From a virus (Duplodnaviria; Caudoviricetes): a stretch of 35,555 bases of DNA. Under the pieces are notes generated by a model. That model was not told the DNA's origin. It was given only the letters and a program-made list of their open reading frames with translations, and made no database searches. Positions 22,808 through 32,936 of the stretch are shown here, one piece after another. The position numbers and the translations under genes were made by a program. Numbering within the stretch: the stretch's first letter is position 1; each line of letters begins with the position of its first letter. The stretch covers positions 1 through 35,555 of the IMG/VR virus record IMGVR_UViG_3300017766_001320, one strand, 5' to 3'.

Positions 22808-24039
22808 TATCTCTATCACAATACATCACCGAATCAAAAGAAGGTAAGAACGTACACCTTGAGCATATTGAAGATGAGCCACTGAATCGTGGTGTAGAAG
22901 GCACTCACAGCGCTATCAATTTTCTTTTATCGCTTAGAGACATGCTTGCGGGGCACACTGGCAAACCTAGAGTTAATCTAACAACAAAATGGGACGGTGC
23001 ACCTGCCATCTTTGCGGGCATTAATCCAGAGAACGGCAAGTTCTTTGTTGGAACAAAAGGTATATTTGCTAAGAATGCAAAGTTGAATTATACTGATGCA
23101 GATATTAATGCTAATCATCCATCAGAAGGTCTAAACAAGAAACTCAAAATTGCTTTGCGTTATCTAAAGCAACTTGGTATTACAAATGTCATTCAAGGTG
23201 ACATGATGTTCACTAAAGAAGATTTGAAGCGCGAGACAATTGATGGTGTAGATTATATCACATTTCAACCTAATACAATTATATATGCAGTGCCTGTGGA
23301 TTCGGGTCTAGCAAAACAAATTCTAAGTGCGCAGATGGGTATTGTCTGGCATACATCATATGTTGGTGATGCATTAGAAGATATGAAAGCATCGTTTGGT
23401 GTAGATATTGGTAGATTGAAACAGACAAAAGATGTATGGTTTAGAGACGCTTCATTCGTTGATGCATCTGGTACGGCTACATTTACAGATAGTGAAACTA
23501 AAACTTTAAATACAATCCTAACACAAACTGGCAACCTATTCAGAACAATATCAGCCAGAACTCTAAACGAGATTGCTACAAATGAGACATATCGTTTGCA
23601 AATCAAGACTTGGAATAATTCTAAAGTTAGAGAAGGTCAAGCGATAACAAACACTTCTGCTCATGTCCAAGGATTGATTCTTTCAATAGAAGAAAAGTTA
23701 AACAAGTCTATAGCAGAAGCAAAGAAAGAAGATACCAGACTGAAGCGCCAGAAAGAAAAAACGTTAATTCTGAATTGGTATAAACAAAATAAGAATGAAC
23801 TAAAGAAGATATTTGATCTACAAAACTTGCTAGTTGAAGCAAAAAATATGATTGTTCGTAAATTAGAACAAGTTCAAGGCGTGACAAATACATTTATGAA
23901 AACCGATAATGGATATAAAGTCACAGCACCGGAAGGTTTTGTAGCAATTGATGTGTTGCAAGGTAACGCAGTTAAATTAATTGATAGACTAACCTTTAGC
24001 TTCAATAACTTTACAGCGACTAAGAATTGGAGTAAATAG
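22804..24039 (+). CDS. conserved T4-like protein with ligase-type nucleotidyltransferase motifs (recalled as DUF6267-like)
   Basis: TTKWDGAP (KxDG), QGD, EGFV, VKL; MISLSQYITE N terminus. Confidence 0.8.
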   Translation: MISLSQYITESKEGKNVHLEHIEDEPLNRGVEGTHSAINFLLSLRDMLAGHTGKPRVNLTTKWDGAPAIFAGINPENGKFFVGTKGIFAKNAKLNYTDADINANHPSEGLNKKLKIALRYLKQLGITNVIQGDMMFTKEDLKRETIDGVDYITFQPNTIIYAVPVDSGLAKQILSAQMGIVWHTSYVGDALEDMKASFGVDIGRLKQTKDVWFRDASFVDASGTATFTDSETKTLNTILTQTGNLFRTISARTLNEIATNETYRLQIKTWNNSKVREGQAITNTSAHVQGLILSIEEKLNKSIAEAKKEDTRLKRQKEKTLILNWYKQNKNELKKIFDLQNLLVEAKNMIVRKLEQVQGVTNTFMKTDNGYKVTAPEGFVAIDVLQGNAVKLIDRLTFSFNNFTATKNWSK

Positions 24040-24470
24040 TGAATATTGAAATTCCTAAAATTGGGATGACATTTTCTAGGTTACTGATGCCTCAAATAAA
24101 GGACAGAAAGTCTTTCTTAAAAACATTGGATAATCAGAATATAAAATATGATAACATCATAGTAAATCCAGAGGGCATGAAAGCCACACAGTCTGAATTT
24201 GATTTGGATAAAGTCAGACTTATGATGAGTGAACCTTTAAGAGAAGATTCTGGAATAATTATATCAAATGATAATTATATTTTAGATGGTCATCATAGAT
24301 GGATCGTATATTTTAATTTAAAAAGAAAAATGAAAGTTATAAAAGTAGATTTACCCATACTAGAATTGATGAGGATTGCGAAAGAACAGAAAAACATAGA
24401 TTATAAGCCAGTAGTTGAATGTGTCATAAATGTGATAAAATCATCTCTAGCAACCAGAAAGTATAAATAG
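24039..24470 (+). CDS. ParB/Srx-like domain protein
   Basis: ATQSEF and YILDGHHRW. Confidence 0.8.
   Translation: MNIEIPKIGMTFSRLLMPQIKDRKSFLKTLDNQNIKYDNIIVNPEGMKATQSEFDLDKVRLMMSEPLREDSGIIISNDNYILDGHHRWIVYFNLKRKMKVIKVDLPILELMRIAKEQKNIDYKPVVECVINVIKSSLATRKYK
24462..24469 (+). promoter_or_regulatory. T4 late promoter
   Basis: TATAAATA. Confidence 0.65.
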
Positions 24471-24507
24471 TTCATAAGATTTTCGCAATCCTTATAGAGA
24501 AAAGTTG

Positions 24508-26517
24508 ATGGTTGAACAAAGAAAACCTGGCGTTGCTTTCTATGGTAAAGTTCGTTACGCAACTCTGGGACATAAAAAAGCAATAGATACAGCAAAAAGT
24601 GTCGCAGATAGAGTTGGCGGACGTCTTCATATCGGTCTGTCGGGCACATCTGATACACTAACACCATCTCAAAAAAAATCACATGCAGAAGCAGTGTTTC
24701 AGCATCCGGTTGAATCTGGATCTGATCATACCAAGAACCTATTCAATTATCTCTCTCATTTAAATAAGCACCATGACGAAATTCATCTTGTAGCCGGCTC
24801 GGATCGTGCACCTGAATATGAGCGCACGTTGTCACAATGGAATGGCAAAGCAGATAAAAGTGGTAAAGTAGCATTCAATTTCAAGAAATGGAAAGTTCAT
24901 GAAGTTGCAGGTAAAAGAGAAGATAGTGATAAACATCCAACAAAAATGAGTCGTGATGAATTAGAAAAGTCAGCATCGGCCACTAAAGTTATTGGTCTTG
25001 CAAAAAGCGGTGACTACGAAGGCTTTAAAGCCTATCATCCAGATGCACCAGAAAAACACGTTAAGCGTGTATATAATCAAATCAGAGCAGGATCACAACT
25101 GAAAGAACATGCAGACATTGGTGAACTGAATCATGAAAAGTTTGGTCCAATGCTTGATACATTTACACAATTTGCAGCTAAGAAACTAGGCATCAAATCA
25201 ATGCCAGTCATGGAACTATCTAAAGACGATCTTGGTACATCGTTTGGTGGTTATAATCCAGCAACAAAGAGTATTGTGATTTCAACTAAGAACAGACATC
25301 CTATGGATGTTTATCGTACAGTTGCGCATGAATTGGTACATCATAAGCAGAATGAAGATGGTAGACTTGGTAATGATATCAAGCAAGAAGGTGCAACTGG
25401 TAGCGAATGGGAAAACGAAGCAAACGCACATGCTGGTATGATCATGCGTTGGTTTGCTAAGAAGAATCCAGACGCATTCAAGACCGGTCATATTGTTGAA
25501 GCAGTTCGCGCATCAACCTTGCAAAAAAATAAACCAGAGCCATATCAACCGTCGGCATCTGAACAAGAGCAGGCAAAGCGTTTGGGTATAAAGCACGTAG
25601 GAGATGGCATGTTTGGTATAAGTGCAACACATCTTAGTAAAGGTGGTCAATTATTCATGAATAAATTAGAAGAAGCCCGCAAGATGAAAAATGATCCTTG
25701 CTGGAAAGGCTATCAGATGATCGGTAAGAAAAATAAAAACGGCAAAGAAGTACCTAATTGTGTACCTGTAGATGAAGCATTTGCAACTTTTGCCGAAGAA
25801 AATAAACCCTCAGATCGTGAATGGGGTACGGATAGTCTAACTCGCACTTATAAAGAAGGCACACCAGGACAAACAACACCTGCAAATCCTCTTTCAGAAA
25901 AGAAAAAGAAACTTAAGAAAGAAGATACTGCACCCGCTCTAGGCTATGAATTTGGTAATAATGGTATTGGTCCAACATTTGGTGTAGTTCGCTCACCGAA
26001 TGGTCTTGGTACTGGTTACTCTATGCCAATGACAAGCATGGCAGAATCTGTACAGAAATGGGCAGCAAAGCCATCAACTATTGAAAGATTTACTAAGCGT
26101 TATGGTAATCTTGCTGAACAAAAAATATATGATGCAGCATTAAAATTAAATGAAATGGATTTCAAGCCAAGATCATTTACTTCAATTCGCGAAGCATGGG
26201 AAGCACTCGGCGGTCGTGATATGGGAACTGTTGCAAAGCAGAGTAAAGAGGAACTAAATGAACGCGGTGCAGATTCAAAAGGTCTTTATAGATCAACAGA
26301 AAGTGGTGCAGGTCTAACAGCAAAAGGTGCAAAACATTTCGGTGTTAAGACAGCCGTTACAACACCACCTTCTAAACTAAAACCTGGATCAAAAGCCACT
26401 AAAAGACGCAAATCATTCTGCGCTAGAATGGGCGGAATGAAGGGTCCGATGAAAGATGAAAAAGGCAGACCAACACGTAAAGCCATGTCGCTTAGACGTT
26501 GGAATTGCGAAGAATAG
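24508..26517 (+). CDS. multidomain protein: cytidylyltransferase-like, HExxH zincin-like and small C-terminal modules
   Basis: TLGH, VAGSDR, SASAT; VAHELVH; PCWKGY...VPNCVP; RRKSFCARM...RRWNC. Confidence 0.8.
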   Translation: MVEQRKPGVAFYGKVRYATLGHKKAIDTAKSVADRVGGRLHIGLSGTSDTLTPSQKKSHAEAVFQHPVESGSDHTKNLFNYLSHLNKHHDEIHLVAGSDRAPEYERTLSQWNGKADKSGKVAFNFKKWKVHEVAGKREDSDKHPTKMSRDELEKSASATKVIGLAKSGDYEGFKAYHPDAPEKHVKRVYNQIRAGSQLKEHADIGELNHEKFGPMLDTFTQFAAKKLGIKSMPVMELSKDDLGTSFGGYNPATKSIVISTKNRHPMDVYRTVAHELVHHKQNEDGRLGNDIKQEGATGSEWENEANAHAGMIMRWFAKKNPDAFKTGHIVEAVRASTLQKNKPEPYQPSASEQEQAKRLGIKHVGDGMFGISATHLSKGGQLFMNKLEEARKMKNDPCWKGYQMIGKKNKNGKEVPNCVPVDEAFATFAEENKPSDREWGTDSLTRTYKEGTPGQTTPANPLSEKKKKLKKEDTAPALGYEFGNNGIGPTFGVVRSPNGLGTGYSMPMTSMAESVQKWAAKPSTIERFTKRYGNLAEQKIYDAALKLNEMDFKPRSFTSIREAWEALGGRDMGTVAKQSKEELNERGADSKGLYRSTESGAGLTAKGAKHFGVKTAVTTPPSKLKPGSKATKRRKSFCARMGGMKGPMKDEKGRPTRKAMSLRRWNCEE

Positions 26518-26561
26518 TTTTCAAATAAATATAAGTAACAAACTCTAAAAGGATAATAACA

Positions 26562-28232
26562 ATGTTTAATAAGAATGACCCACTAATTAGTTCAGTACAA
26601 AAAGTAATGGAAGAAAATGCTCGCCGTCGCGACATTGAACAGAAACTTTGTGAAGAACTTGGTATCTATTCACGTAAACAACTTCCACATGAACATCAAG
26701 TAAACTATGATGCATTGCTTGAGCAGCGCATTAATGAAGCTCTGCATCCAAATCAGCAAAAGTTAGATGTTCATGAGCCAGAAAAAGATAAGTTGACAGC
26801 ACAAGATTTTAAAATGCTTCGTGCTGGTAAAAAGAATATGAAGGAAGCAGAACTTGCAGCACCTGAGACCGGTTCAAAAGGTCCTTCAGGATCCAGATCA
26901 GTAAAGAAGTCAATAATTGTCAAGGAAGAAGGTGAAGAGACTCGCGAGGGTGGTGCAGTAGTTGACACTAAGACAAACAAACCAGTAGTTTCATCAACAG
27001 CATCACAAGCTTCAGGCACAGGTCCATCGCAGGCTGAACGTTCTGCTTTGACAAATAAAATTAAGCAGATGAAAGAAGCTATGCTCGCTGGTGCTGAAAC
27101 CGGTCCTCGCAAGACGCCCGGTTCTAATCAAATGGCTGAGGAAACACAGCTTGATGAAAAGGCAGTATCAAAAGCCCAGCATCGTTTCTTCGGACTAGTT
27201 AGAGCCATTCAGAAGGGTAAGGCCGAAGGTAGTGAGAAGGCTGAAAAAGCAGCAAAAAAAATGTCCGTGAAGTCTGTTAGAGATTATGCAAAGACTAAAG
27301 AAAAAGGTCTTCCAGAAAAAAAGAAAGAGATGAAAGAGTCTATAACTCTTAATGATGTAATGGAAGAAATTAAAAGAAAACTTGGCGATAAAAAGATGAA
27401 GGAATTAGACGAAGTTGAAGGTTTTGATGCAGATAAACATATTCACCGCCTGCCGCTTCCAGGAGCAGGCGGTGCAGCAACACCTGAAAAACCTATTGCG
27501 CCAGCAAGCGGTAGCGGAAGAGCGCAGGGTAGAGAAGGACCACCTGAACCCGCTCGCGCAGCAGCTCCTAAGCCAGCTGCAACTGAAACACCTAATAAGG
27601 GCGGTCCGATGTCTCCTGCCGAAAGAGACGGGACAGATAGGGCCCCCCCGCAAACAAATCAACCGCCTGAAACTGTAGCAACTAAGGCTGATCGTGATGC
27701 ATTTAGAGCAAGAACAGGTTCTACTGTTGACTCATCAACAGGACAAGTGCAAGCAAATCAACCGCCTGAAACTGTAGCAACTAAGGCTGATCGTGATGCA
27801 TTTAGAGCAAGAACAGGTTCTACTGTTGGCGCGCCACCAGCAGCAACACCTGAAAAACCTATTGCGCCAGCAAGCGGTAGCGGAAGAGCGCAGGGTAGAG
27901 AAGGACCACCTGAACCCGCTCGCGCAGCAGCTCCTAAGCCAGCTGCACCAACACCTCCTTCAAGACCAACAAGTGGTCCTGCGGCTAGACAACAAACGTC
28001 TGCTAGACCACAGGCAACTGCACCATCTGCGCCCACACCACCAGACTACTCATCATCTGACGATTGGGGTGGTAGATCATCATCATCATTCTTTGCACAA
28101 GATCGCGCAAGACAGCAAGCAGGCAAAGTATCAGGTCCATACAATCCTATGAACCGTGCTCCTAAACCGGCCGCGCGCGCAGGACTTCGTGAAAGTCTTG
28201 AAACAACAATCAAGAATATAATAAAGGGCTAA
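26562..28232 (+). CDS. low-complexity probable virion/head protein
   Basis: Pro/Ala-rich repeats, recurring (I/L/M)xE sites, AATAAATA upstream. Confidence 0.8.
   Translation: MFNKNDPLISSVQKVMEENARRRDIEQKLCEELGIYSRKQLPHEHQVNYDALLEQRINEALHPNQQKLDVHEPEKDKLTAQDFKMLRAGKKNMKEAELAAPETGSKGPSGSRSVKKSIIVKEEGEETREGGAVVDTKTNKPVVSSTASQASGTGPSQAERSALTNKIKQMKEAMLAGAETGPRKTPGSNQMAEETQLDEKAVSKAQHRFFGLVRAIQKGKAEGSEKAEKAAKKMSVKSVRDYAKTKEKGLPEKKKEMKESITLNDVMEEIKRKLGDKKMKELDEVEGFDADKHIHRLPLPGAGGAATPEKPIAPASGSGRAQGREGPPEPARAAAPKPAATETPNKGGPMSPAERDGTDRAPPQTNQPPETVATKADRDAFRARTGSTVDSSTGQVQANQPPETVATKADRDAFRARTGSTVGAPPAATPEKPIAPASGSGRAQGREGPPEPARAAAPKPAAPTPPSRPTSGPAARQQTSARPQATAPSAPTPPDYSSSDDWGGRSSSSFFAQDRARQQAGKVSGPYNPMNRAPKPAARAGLRESLETTIKNIIKG
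27474..27947 (+). repeat. in-frame A-B-B-A perfect repeats
   Basis: A 108 bp at 27474 and 27840; B 75 bp at 27655 and 27754. Confidence 0.92.
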
Positions 28233-28234
28233 TA

Positions 28235-28666
28235 ATGTCTAATAAAGTATCACTAGAGCAAACTGTACGCGGTTTGCTCTCGGAACAAAAAGCGGTTCCA
28301 GAAAAACTAAAAATTGATATTGGTGGTAGTAAACATGATCCCACTAGTCCTAATAAGTCTCATATAGAAGAAGATGAACAAATTGATGAAGTTATGGGTA
28401 CCGCTACAGCATTTGGCGGCAAACATAATCCAAGAAAATCTATGGCAAAAAATAGTTTAGCAGGCAAAAAGTTGATGCAAAGAACATCACTTCAGAGATC
28501 GGGCAATCAAAAAAGATCGCCAGGAATTTATGAAGAAATGAACAAGAAAGTTCTAAAAAAAGTTATGGAAAAAAAATCAGAAATTGCTCTGGGTAAAACT
28601 GCTACAGGCAAGTCAAGTGAAACAATTGACACTAAGCCGCAACAATTACCAGTTTCAGGTTATTAA
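28235..28666 (+). CDS. hypothetical basic late protein
   Basis: 143 aa; LLSE, QIDE sites. Confidence 0.7.
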   Translation: MSNKVSLEQTVRGLLSEQKAVPEKLKIDIGGSKHDPTSPNKSHIEEDEQIDEVMGTATAFGGKHNPRKSMAKNSLAGKKLMQRTSLQRSGNQKRSPGIYEEMNKKVLKKVMEKKSEIALGKTATGKSSETIDTKPQQLPVSGY

Positions 28667-28695
28667 TAAATAAATTAAAATAGGAGATTTAAAAA

Positions 28696-29298
28696 ATGCT
28701 TTGGAAAAATATAGACTATCCATCAAGTAACGGTAAGCCTTTGTATGCAAATACTACAAATGCTTCGTCTAATTCCGTAATTAACGGAACTAAGGCAAAT
28801 ACAGATAAGTATTATGGTATCGTAGCTGGCGTATCACCAACAGAAACACTAGAATCAACGAGTGCTGCTAATCATCCTGCTCATGCTGGTTGGGTTAGTT
28901 TGAAACTCGGAACAGGACCTTTTATAGGTATTCTTGCAACGGACGCATCAGGCATCAATGCAAGTGGATTTCTGAGAATTACAGATATATCAGCACATGG
29001 CCAGGGAACTGGTGCTAATATTTCTTATACAACTGCAAATGCACAAAACACTCTACAAACTTATTCATCAAATGCACAATTGAATACATTTGGTTCGTTT
29101 ACAGTTGTAAGTGGTGGCTCAGGTTATTCAAATTCTGCTGCTATCACAATTGGACCAACAGGCACTTCAATTTCAAACGGAACTATTACAGCAGTTCTAG
29201 GTGGTCGTGCAGGTAGATTCGTAGCAGAAACATTGGTAGCAATGGGTTCAATTACTCTTGACGATCCACGCGATAACGTTTGGTTCTCAGGTATTTAA
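28696..29298 (+). CDS. probable virion structural protein
   Basis: HAGWV and ETLVAM motifs, Gly/Ser/Thr-rich; AGGAG SD. Confidence 0.75.
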   Translation: MLWKNIDYPSSNGKPLYANTTNASSNSVINGTKANTDKYYGIVAGVSPTETLESTSAANHPAHAGWVSLKLGTGPFIGILATDASGINASGFLRITDISAHGQGTGANISYTTANAQNTLQTYSSNAQLNTFGSFTVVSGGSGYSNSAAITIGPTGTSISNGTITAVLGGRAGRFVAETLVAMGSITLDDPRDNVWFSGI

Positions 29299-29300
29299 TT

Positions 29301-30464
29301 ATGAAGAGATTTAAATCATTTATTAAAGAAGAAACAATGCCTTACGCCAACGTAAAAAGTGGCGTAATGGACATTAATGATTCAGATGTTCGTGATCAAG
29401 TTAATCAATTACTAGCAGGTGTAACAGCACGAAAGTTTGTTACACCTTACATTGCAATGGAAAGAGTAGCAAAGACTCTCGCTAACTTTCACATTTATGT
29501 TCCAAATCAAGGAATTCTTGAAGGAGATTCAGGTTCAGTTGTTTGGCCAATCAATCAATTTGGTGGCAAACTCGGCATGACAAATGATGCTGAAGTTGTA
29601 GTTGCACCTTCTTCTCAGTACTCAGTTTTCTTTGAATATCGCATGTCAGATTGTGGTATGTTCATGGTATTCTGTGAAGTTGTAGATCAAGATGAACTAG
29701 AAGAAATCATGAACGATCTTGAAGCAGAATTAAATGGCGAAAGTGAAGACGAAGAAGAACTGGACGAAGGTTATGTTTCTTATCGTGTTGTAAAAAAGAG
29801 CGATGGAAAAAGTACCTATGATAAGTTCGGCGACACTAAGTCTGGTACAGTTACGATAGGTGATAAGAAGCGTGCTGCAAAAGATAATGAATCAGATAAG
29901 AAAGAAGATTCAAAAAGAACATCAGCAGCAGAAAAGAAAGCAAGATTTGAAGAAGAGTCTGGATATTACTACGGTAAGCAACCAGTTTCTGAATTGAAAA
30001 TGTCCGATGAACAGCAGATGGATGAAGTTTCAAAGGGAACTCTCGCTTCGTATATCAAGAAAGCATCACATGATGTAGCAACTAAGTCAGCACAGGTTCG
30101 TGGTCATGCTATGAAGTCAAAAGAAGCTGTTGATAAGCAAGATATCACAACTGCAAGAAAAGAAGATGAACGCTCAAATAAAGCATTCAAGAAATCTTGG
30201 AAGCGTCGTGAGGGTATCGCAAAGGCTGCTGACAAACTAGCTAAAGAAGAAACTCAACTAGACGAGATTTCAGATAAGCTAAAGGCTCGTTATGTTAAAA
30301 AGGCTGAAAAAGATAAGGCTCATGCAGAACGACAAGCAGCGCATTCTGAATATACAGCATCACATGCTCAACCAGAAAGAAAAGCTGCTTGGAAAAAAGA
30401 AGCTGAATGGTTAAAAGGCATTGCTGCTAAGAGAGCAAAAGGTATAGAACGCGCTAAAAAATAA
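29301..30464 (+). CDS. probable capsid-targeted protein
   Basis: MKRFKSFIKEE; repeated Q(M/L)DE(V/I)S...Y(I/V)KKA. Confidence 0.78.
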   Translation: MKRFKSFIKEETMPYANVKSGVMDINDSDVRDQVNQLLAGVTARKFVTPYIAMERVAKTLANFHIYVPNQGILEGDSGSVVWPINQFGGKLGMTNDAEVVVAPSSQYSVFFEYRMSDCGMFMVFCEVVDQDELEEIMNDLEAELNGESEDEEELDEGYVSYRVVKKSDGKSTYDKFGDTKSGTVTIGDKKRAAKDNESDKKEDSKRTSAAEKKARFEEESGYYYGKQPVSELKMSDEQQMDEVSKGTLASYIKKASHDVATKSAQVRGHAMKSKEAVDKQDITTARKEDERSNKAFKKSWKRREGIAKAADKLAKEETQLDEISDKLKARYVKKAEKDKAHAERQAAHSEYTASHAQPERKAAWKKEAEWLKGIAAKRAKGIERAKK

Positions 30465-30850
30465 TGATTGATAATTTACATGATGATAACTTTATGATCT
30501 ATGCAATGAAGGCCTATGACAGTCCAAATTGCATACAGTCTGAATTTGAAGAAGACTTGAAAAGATTAAAGTATGTCAAGAGATTGATAAAGAGATATAG
30601 GATTACGGGTGAGTTGAGAGAAAGACTCATCCTTAACCACATAACAATACTTGGAAATGTATTTGGAGTTGAATCTTGTGTTAGAATGTTATTCTATAAA
30701 CTAGACAGAGATGACTTTGATATACTTAAGACGTTTCTTCTTTTCCTCAACTACATGCCTCAAATAGTAACTGGAATAAGAGGTAACAACATAAATTCAT
30801 CTGATATATCAGTTGATTTATTTGTAGCCAAAAGACTAAGAAATATATAA
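30464..30850 (+). CDS. conserved T4-like phage hypothetical protein
   Basis: YAMKAYDSP, EFEEDLKRLKYVKRL, RLILNH. Confidence 0.82.
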   Translation: MIDNLHDDNFMIYAMKAYDSPNCIQSEFEEDLKRLKYVKRLIKRYRITGELRERLILNHITILGNVFGVESCVRMLFYKLDRDDFDILKTFLLFLNYMPQIVTGIRGNNINSSDISVDLFVAKRLRNI

Positions 30851-30878
30851 AACTATTCATATCATTGAGTACATAGCA

Positions 30879-30907
30879 GTTATACCACATTGTCAATAGC
30901 GAGTCAA
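30879..30907 (-). promoter_or_regulatory. antisense sigma70 promoter
   Basis: Minus strand TTGACT-N17-TATAAC with TG extension. Confidence 0.65.
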
Positions 30908-30914
30908 GAGCAAA

Positions 30915-31355
30915 ATGAAGTTAGTTAGAAAAAAAGTTCAAGAAGATGCTTCTGCTAATAATGTCGGTAGTGGCAATGTAGCAGGTCTTGGTGTTGGTCC
31001 TAAAGGTGAACCTGGTATAAGTATGCCAGCCAGAAAAAAATATAAAAAGCGTAATCAGGAAGATATTCAATCAAGAGAGACTGAATTATCTTTATTCCGT
31101 CGTAAAACACCTATGATGGAAGAAACACGTATGGGTAAATTTGCTGGTCATGATACATTCATTGTGCCATCTGATATGTTTCACAAAGCAAGATTTGAAA
31201 AGAAAAAGGGCAAACACTGGAAAAAATACATCGGCGAAGATGATCATGGCAATGCGATCCGAGCTTATGATCGCAAACACAAAGGCAAAAAGCCTATCAT
31301 TCTTCAAGATGAAAAGACTGGTGCTATGTGTTATGCACGATATGGGAGAAGATAA
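30915..31355 (+). CDS. conserved basic hypothetical protein
   Basis: GEPG and IILQDEKTGAM motifs. Confidence 0.78.
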   Translation: MKLVRKKVQEDASANNVGSGNVAGLGVGPKGEPGISMPARKKYKKRNQEDIQSRETELSLFRRKTPMMEETRMGKFAGHDTFIVPSDMFHKARFEKKKGKHWKKYIGEDDHGNAIRAYDRKHKGKKPIILQDEKTGAMCYARYGRR

Positions 31356-32155
31356 TGATTACTAAAGAAATACTTAAACGAATTGCTCCTGCATCTAAAG
31401 ATAAAATTATCACAGACTTAGAAAAATATTTTGATAAGTGGTTATCTGTCAGCACTATCAACACCTATCTGCGCGTATGTCATTTTATTGCACAGTGCGC
31501 GCACGAGTCGGATCAATTTAAGACACTAGAAGAATATGCTTCTGGTGCAGCATATGAAGGTCGCAAAGATTTAGGTAACACACAGCCAGGTGATGGTAGA
31601 AGATTTAAAGGTCGCGGCATTATTCAACTAACAGGCCGTGCAAATTATGCTGAATGTTCGCGTGATTTAGGAATTGATCTAGTAGGTAATCCTGAATTAG
31701 GAGAAGACCCAGAAATATCTGTTCGTACTGCAATTTGGTTTTGGGAAAAACGCAAAATAAACAGATTAGCCGACAATGATGATATATTTGGTGTTTCAAA
31801 GACAATCAATGGTATAAACAGAAGAACGGGTCTTCCAAATGGATATGAAGACCGAAAAGATAAACTTGCTCGCGCTAAGAGAGCATTAGAAGATTTTGAT
31901 TTTGATGACTTTGGAAAAAAGCCTGAAGAAATAAAGACAGATCCATTGAACATTGTTGTAGCAAAACGAGGTGATAAGTCAGATTATGTAAAAGACTTGC
32001 AACAAATGCTAATCAACAAAGGTATCAAAGTTGTTGCTGATGGTGATTTTGGACCAAAAACCGAAGATGCTGTTAAAGAGTTTCAGAGATGGGTAAAATT
32101 ATCTGCAACTGGACAAATTGATACTAACACACTAAATGAGTTGATGAAGTCATGA
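31355..32155 (+). CDS. GH19 endolysin with C-terminal peptidoglycan-binding domain
   Basis: AQCAHES, FKGRGIIQLTG..NY, INGIN; DGDFGPKTEDAVKEFQ. Confidence 0.93.
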   Translation: MITKEILKRIAPASKDKIITDLEKYFDKWLSVSTINTYLRVCHFIAQCAHESDQFKTLEEYASGAAYEGRKDLGNTQPGDGRRFKGRGIIQLTGRANYAECSRDLGIDLVGNPELGEDPEISVRTAIWFWEKRKINRLADNDDIFGVSKTINGINRRTGLPNGYEDRKDKLARAKRALEDFDFDDFGKKPEEIKTDPLNIVVAKRGDKSDYVKDLQQMLINKGIKVVADGDFGPKTEDAVKEFQRWVKLSATGQIDTNTLNELMKS

Positions 32156-32424
32156 ACGAAGAAGAACACTGGTTAAAAACATACTGGCGACCTGTTATGG
32201 CATGGTCATATGCAGCCGTATGTCTTTTTGACTTTTTAATTGCTCCTATTATGGTAATGTCATTTAATTATTTGGTAAAGGGCGAATATGTACAATGGGA
32301 TCCTATCACACTAAAAGAATCTGGATTCTATCATATGTCTATGATGGCAATAATTGGTGTTGCTGCATGGACAAGAGGCATGGAAAAAATAAAAAAAATA
32401 AATTCCGAAGAGGGAGATAAGTAA
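32152..32424 (+). CDS. holin-like membrane protein
   Basis: WRPVMAW, two TM segments, RGMEK; follows endolysin. Confidence 0.7.
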   Translation: MNEEEHWLKTYWRPVMAWSYAAVCLFDFLIAPIMVMSFNYLVKGEYVQWDPITLKESGFYHMSMMAIIGVAAWTRGMEKIKKINSEEGDK

Positions 32425-32924
32425 TGTTTGCTCTATTATCGCCACTGATTGGCATTTTTGGCAGCTTGTTACCTAATATTGTGCGAATTTTTGAACGCAA
32501 GCAGGAGATGCAGCATGAAATTGAACTCACAAGAATTAAACTTGATGCGGCTAAAGAAAACGCAAAACTTGAACTTGATACTGCGAATGTTAAGGCTGAC
32601 GTTGACGAGGGAAAATCTGTTCGCGATCATGATAGCAGTCTTGATGGTGGAAAGTTTATTAACACATTACGCGCTTCTATTCGCCCAGTAATTACTTATG
32701 TATTCTTTTTTCTATTTGTCGCAGTTAAAGTTGCTGCTGCATATGTAATGTTAAAAAATGGTCAGTCTGTACCTGAAATGCTTAAAGCAGTATGGGATCA
32801 GGAAACAATGTCATTGTTCTCAACAATTATTGCTTTTTGGTTTGGTGCTCGCGTGTTAGAAAAGATGAATAATCGCGTAAGCAATACACGAACAATAAAC
32901 GTAATAAATAACAAGAAGCCATAA
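32424..32924 (+). CDS. 3-TM holin-like protein
   Basis: N-terminal amphipathic helix, IRPVITY, FWFGAR. Confidence 0.72.
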   Translation: MFALLSPLIGIFGSLLPNIVRIFERKQEMQHEIELTRIKLDAAKENAKLELDTANVKADVDEGKSVRDHDSSLDGGKFINTLRASIRPVITYVFFFLFVAVKVAAAYVMLKNGQSVPEMLKAVWDQETMSLFSTIIAFWFGARVLEKMNNRVSNTRTINVINNKKP

Positions 32925-32936
32925 AAAAGGATCACT

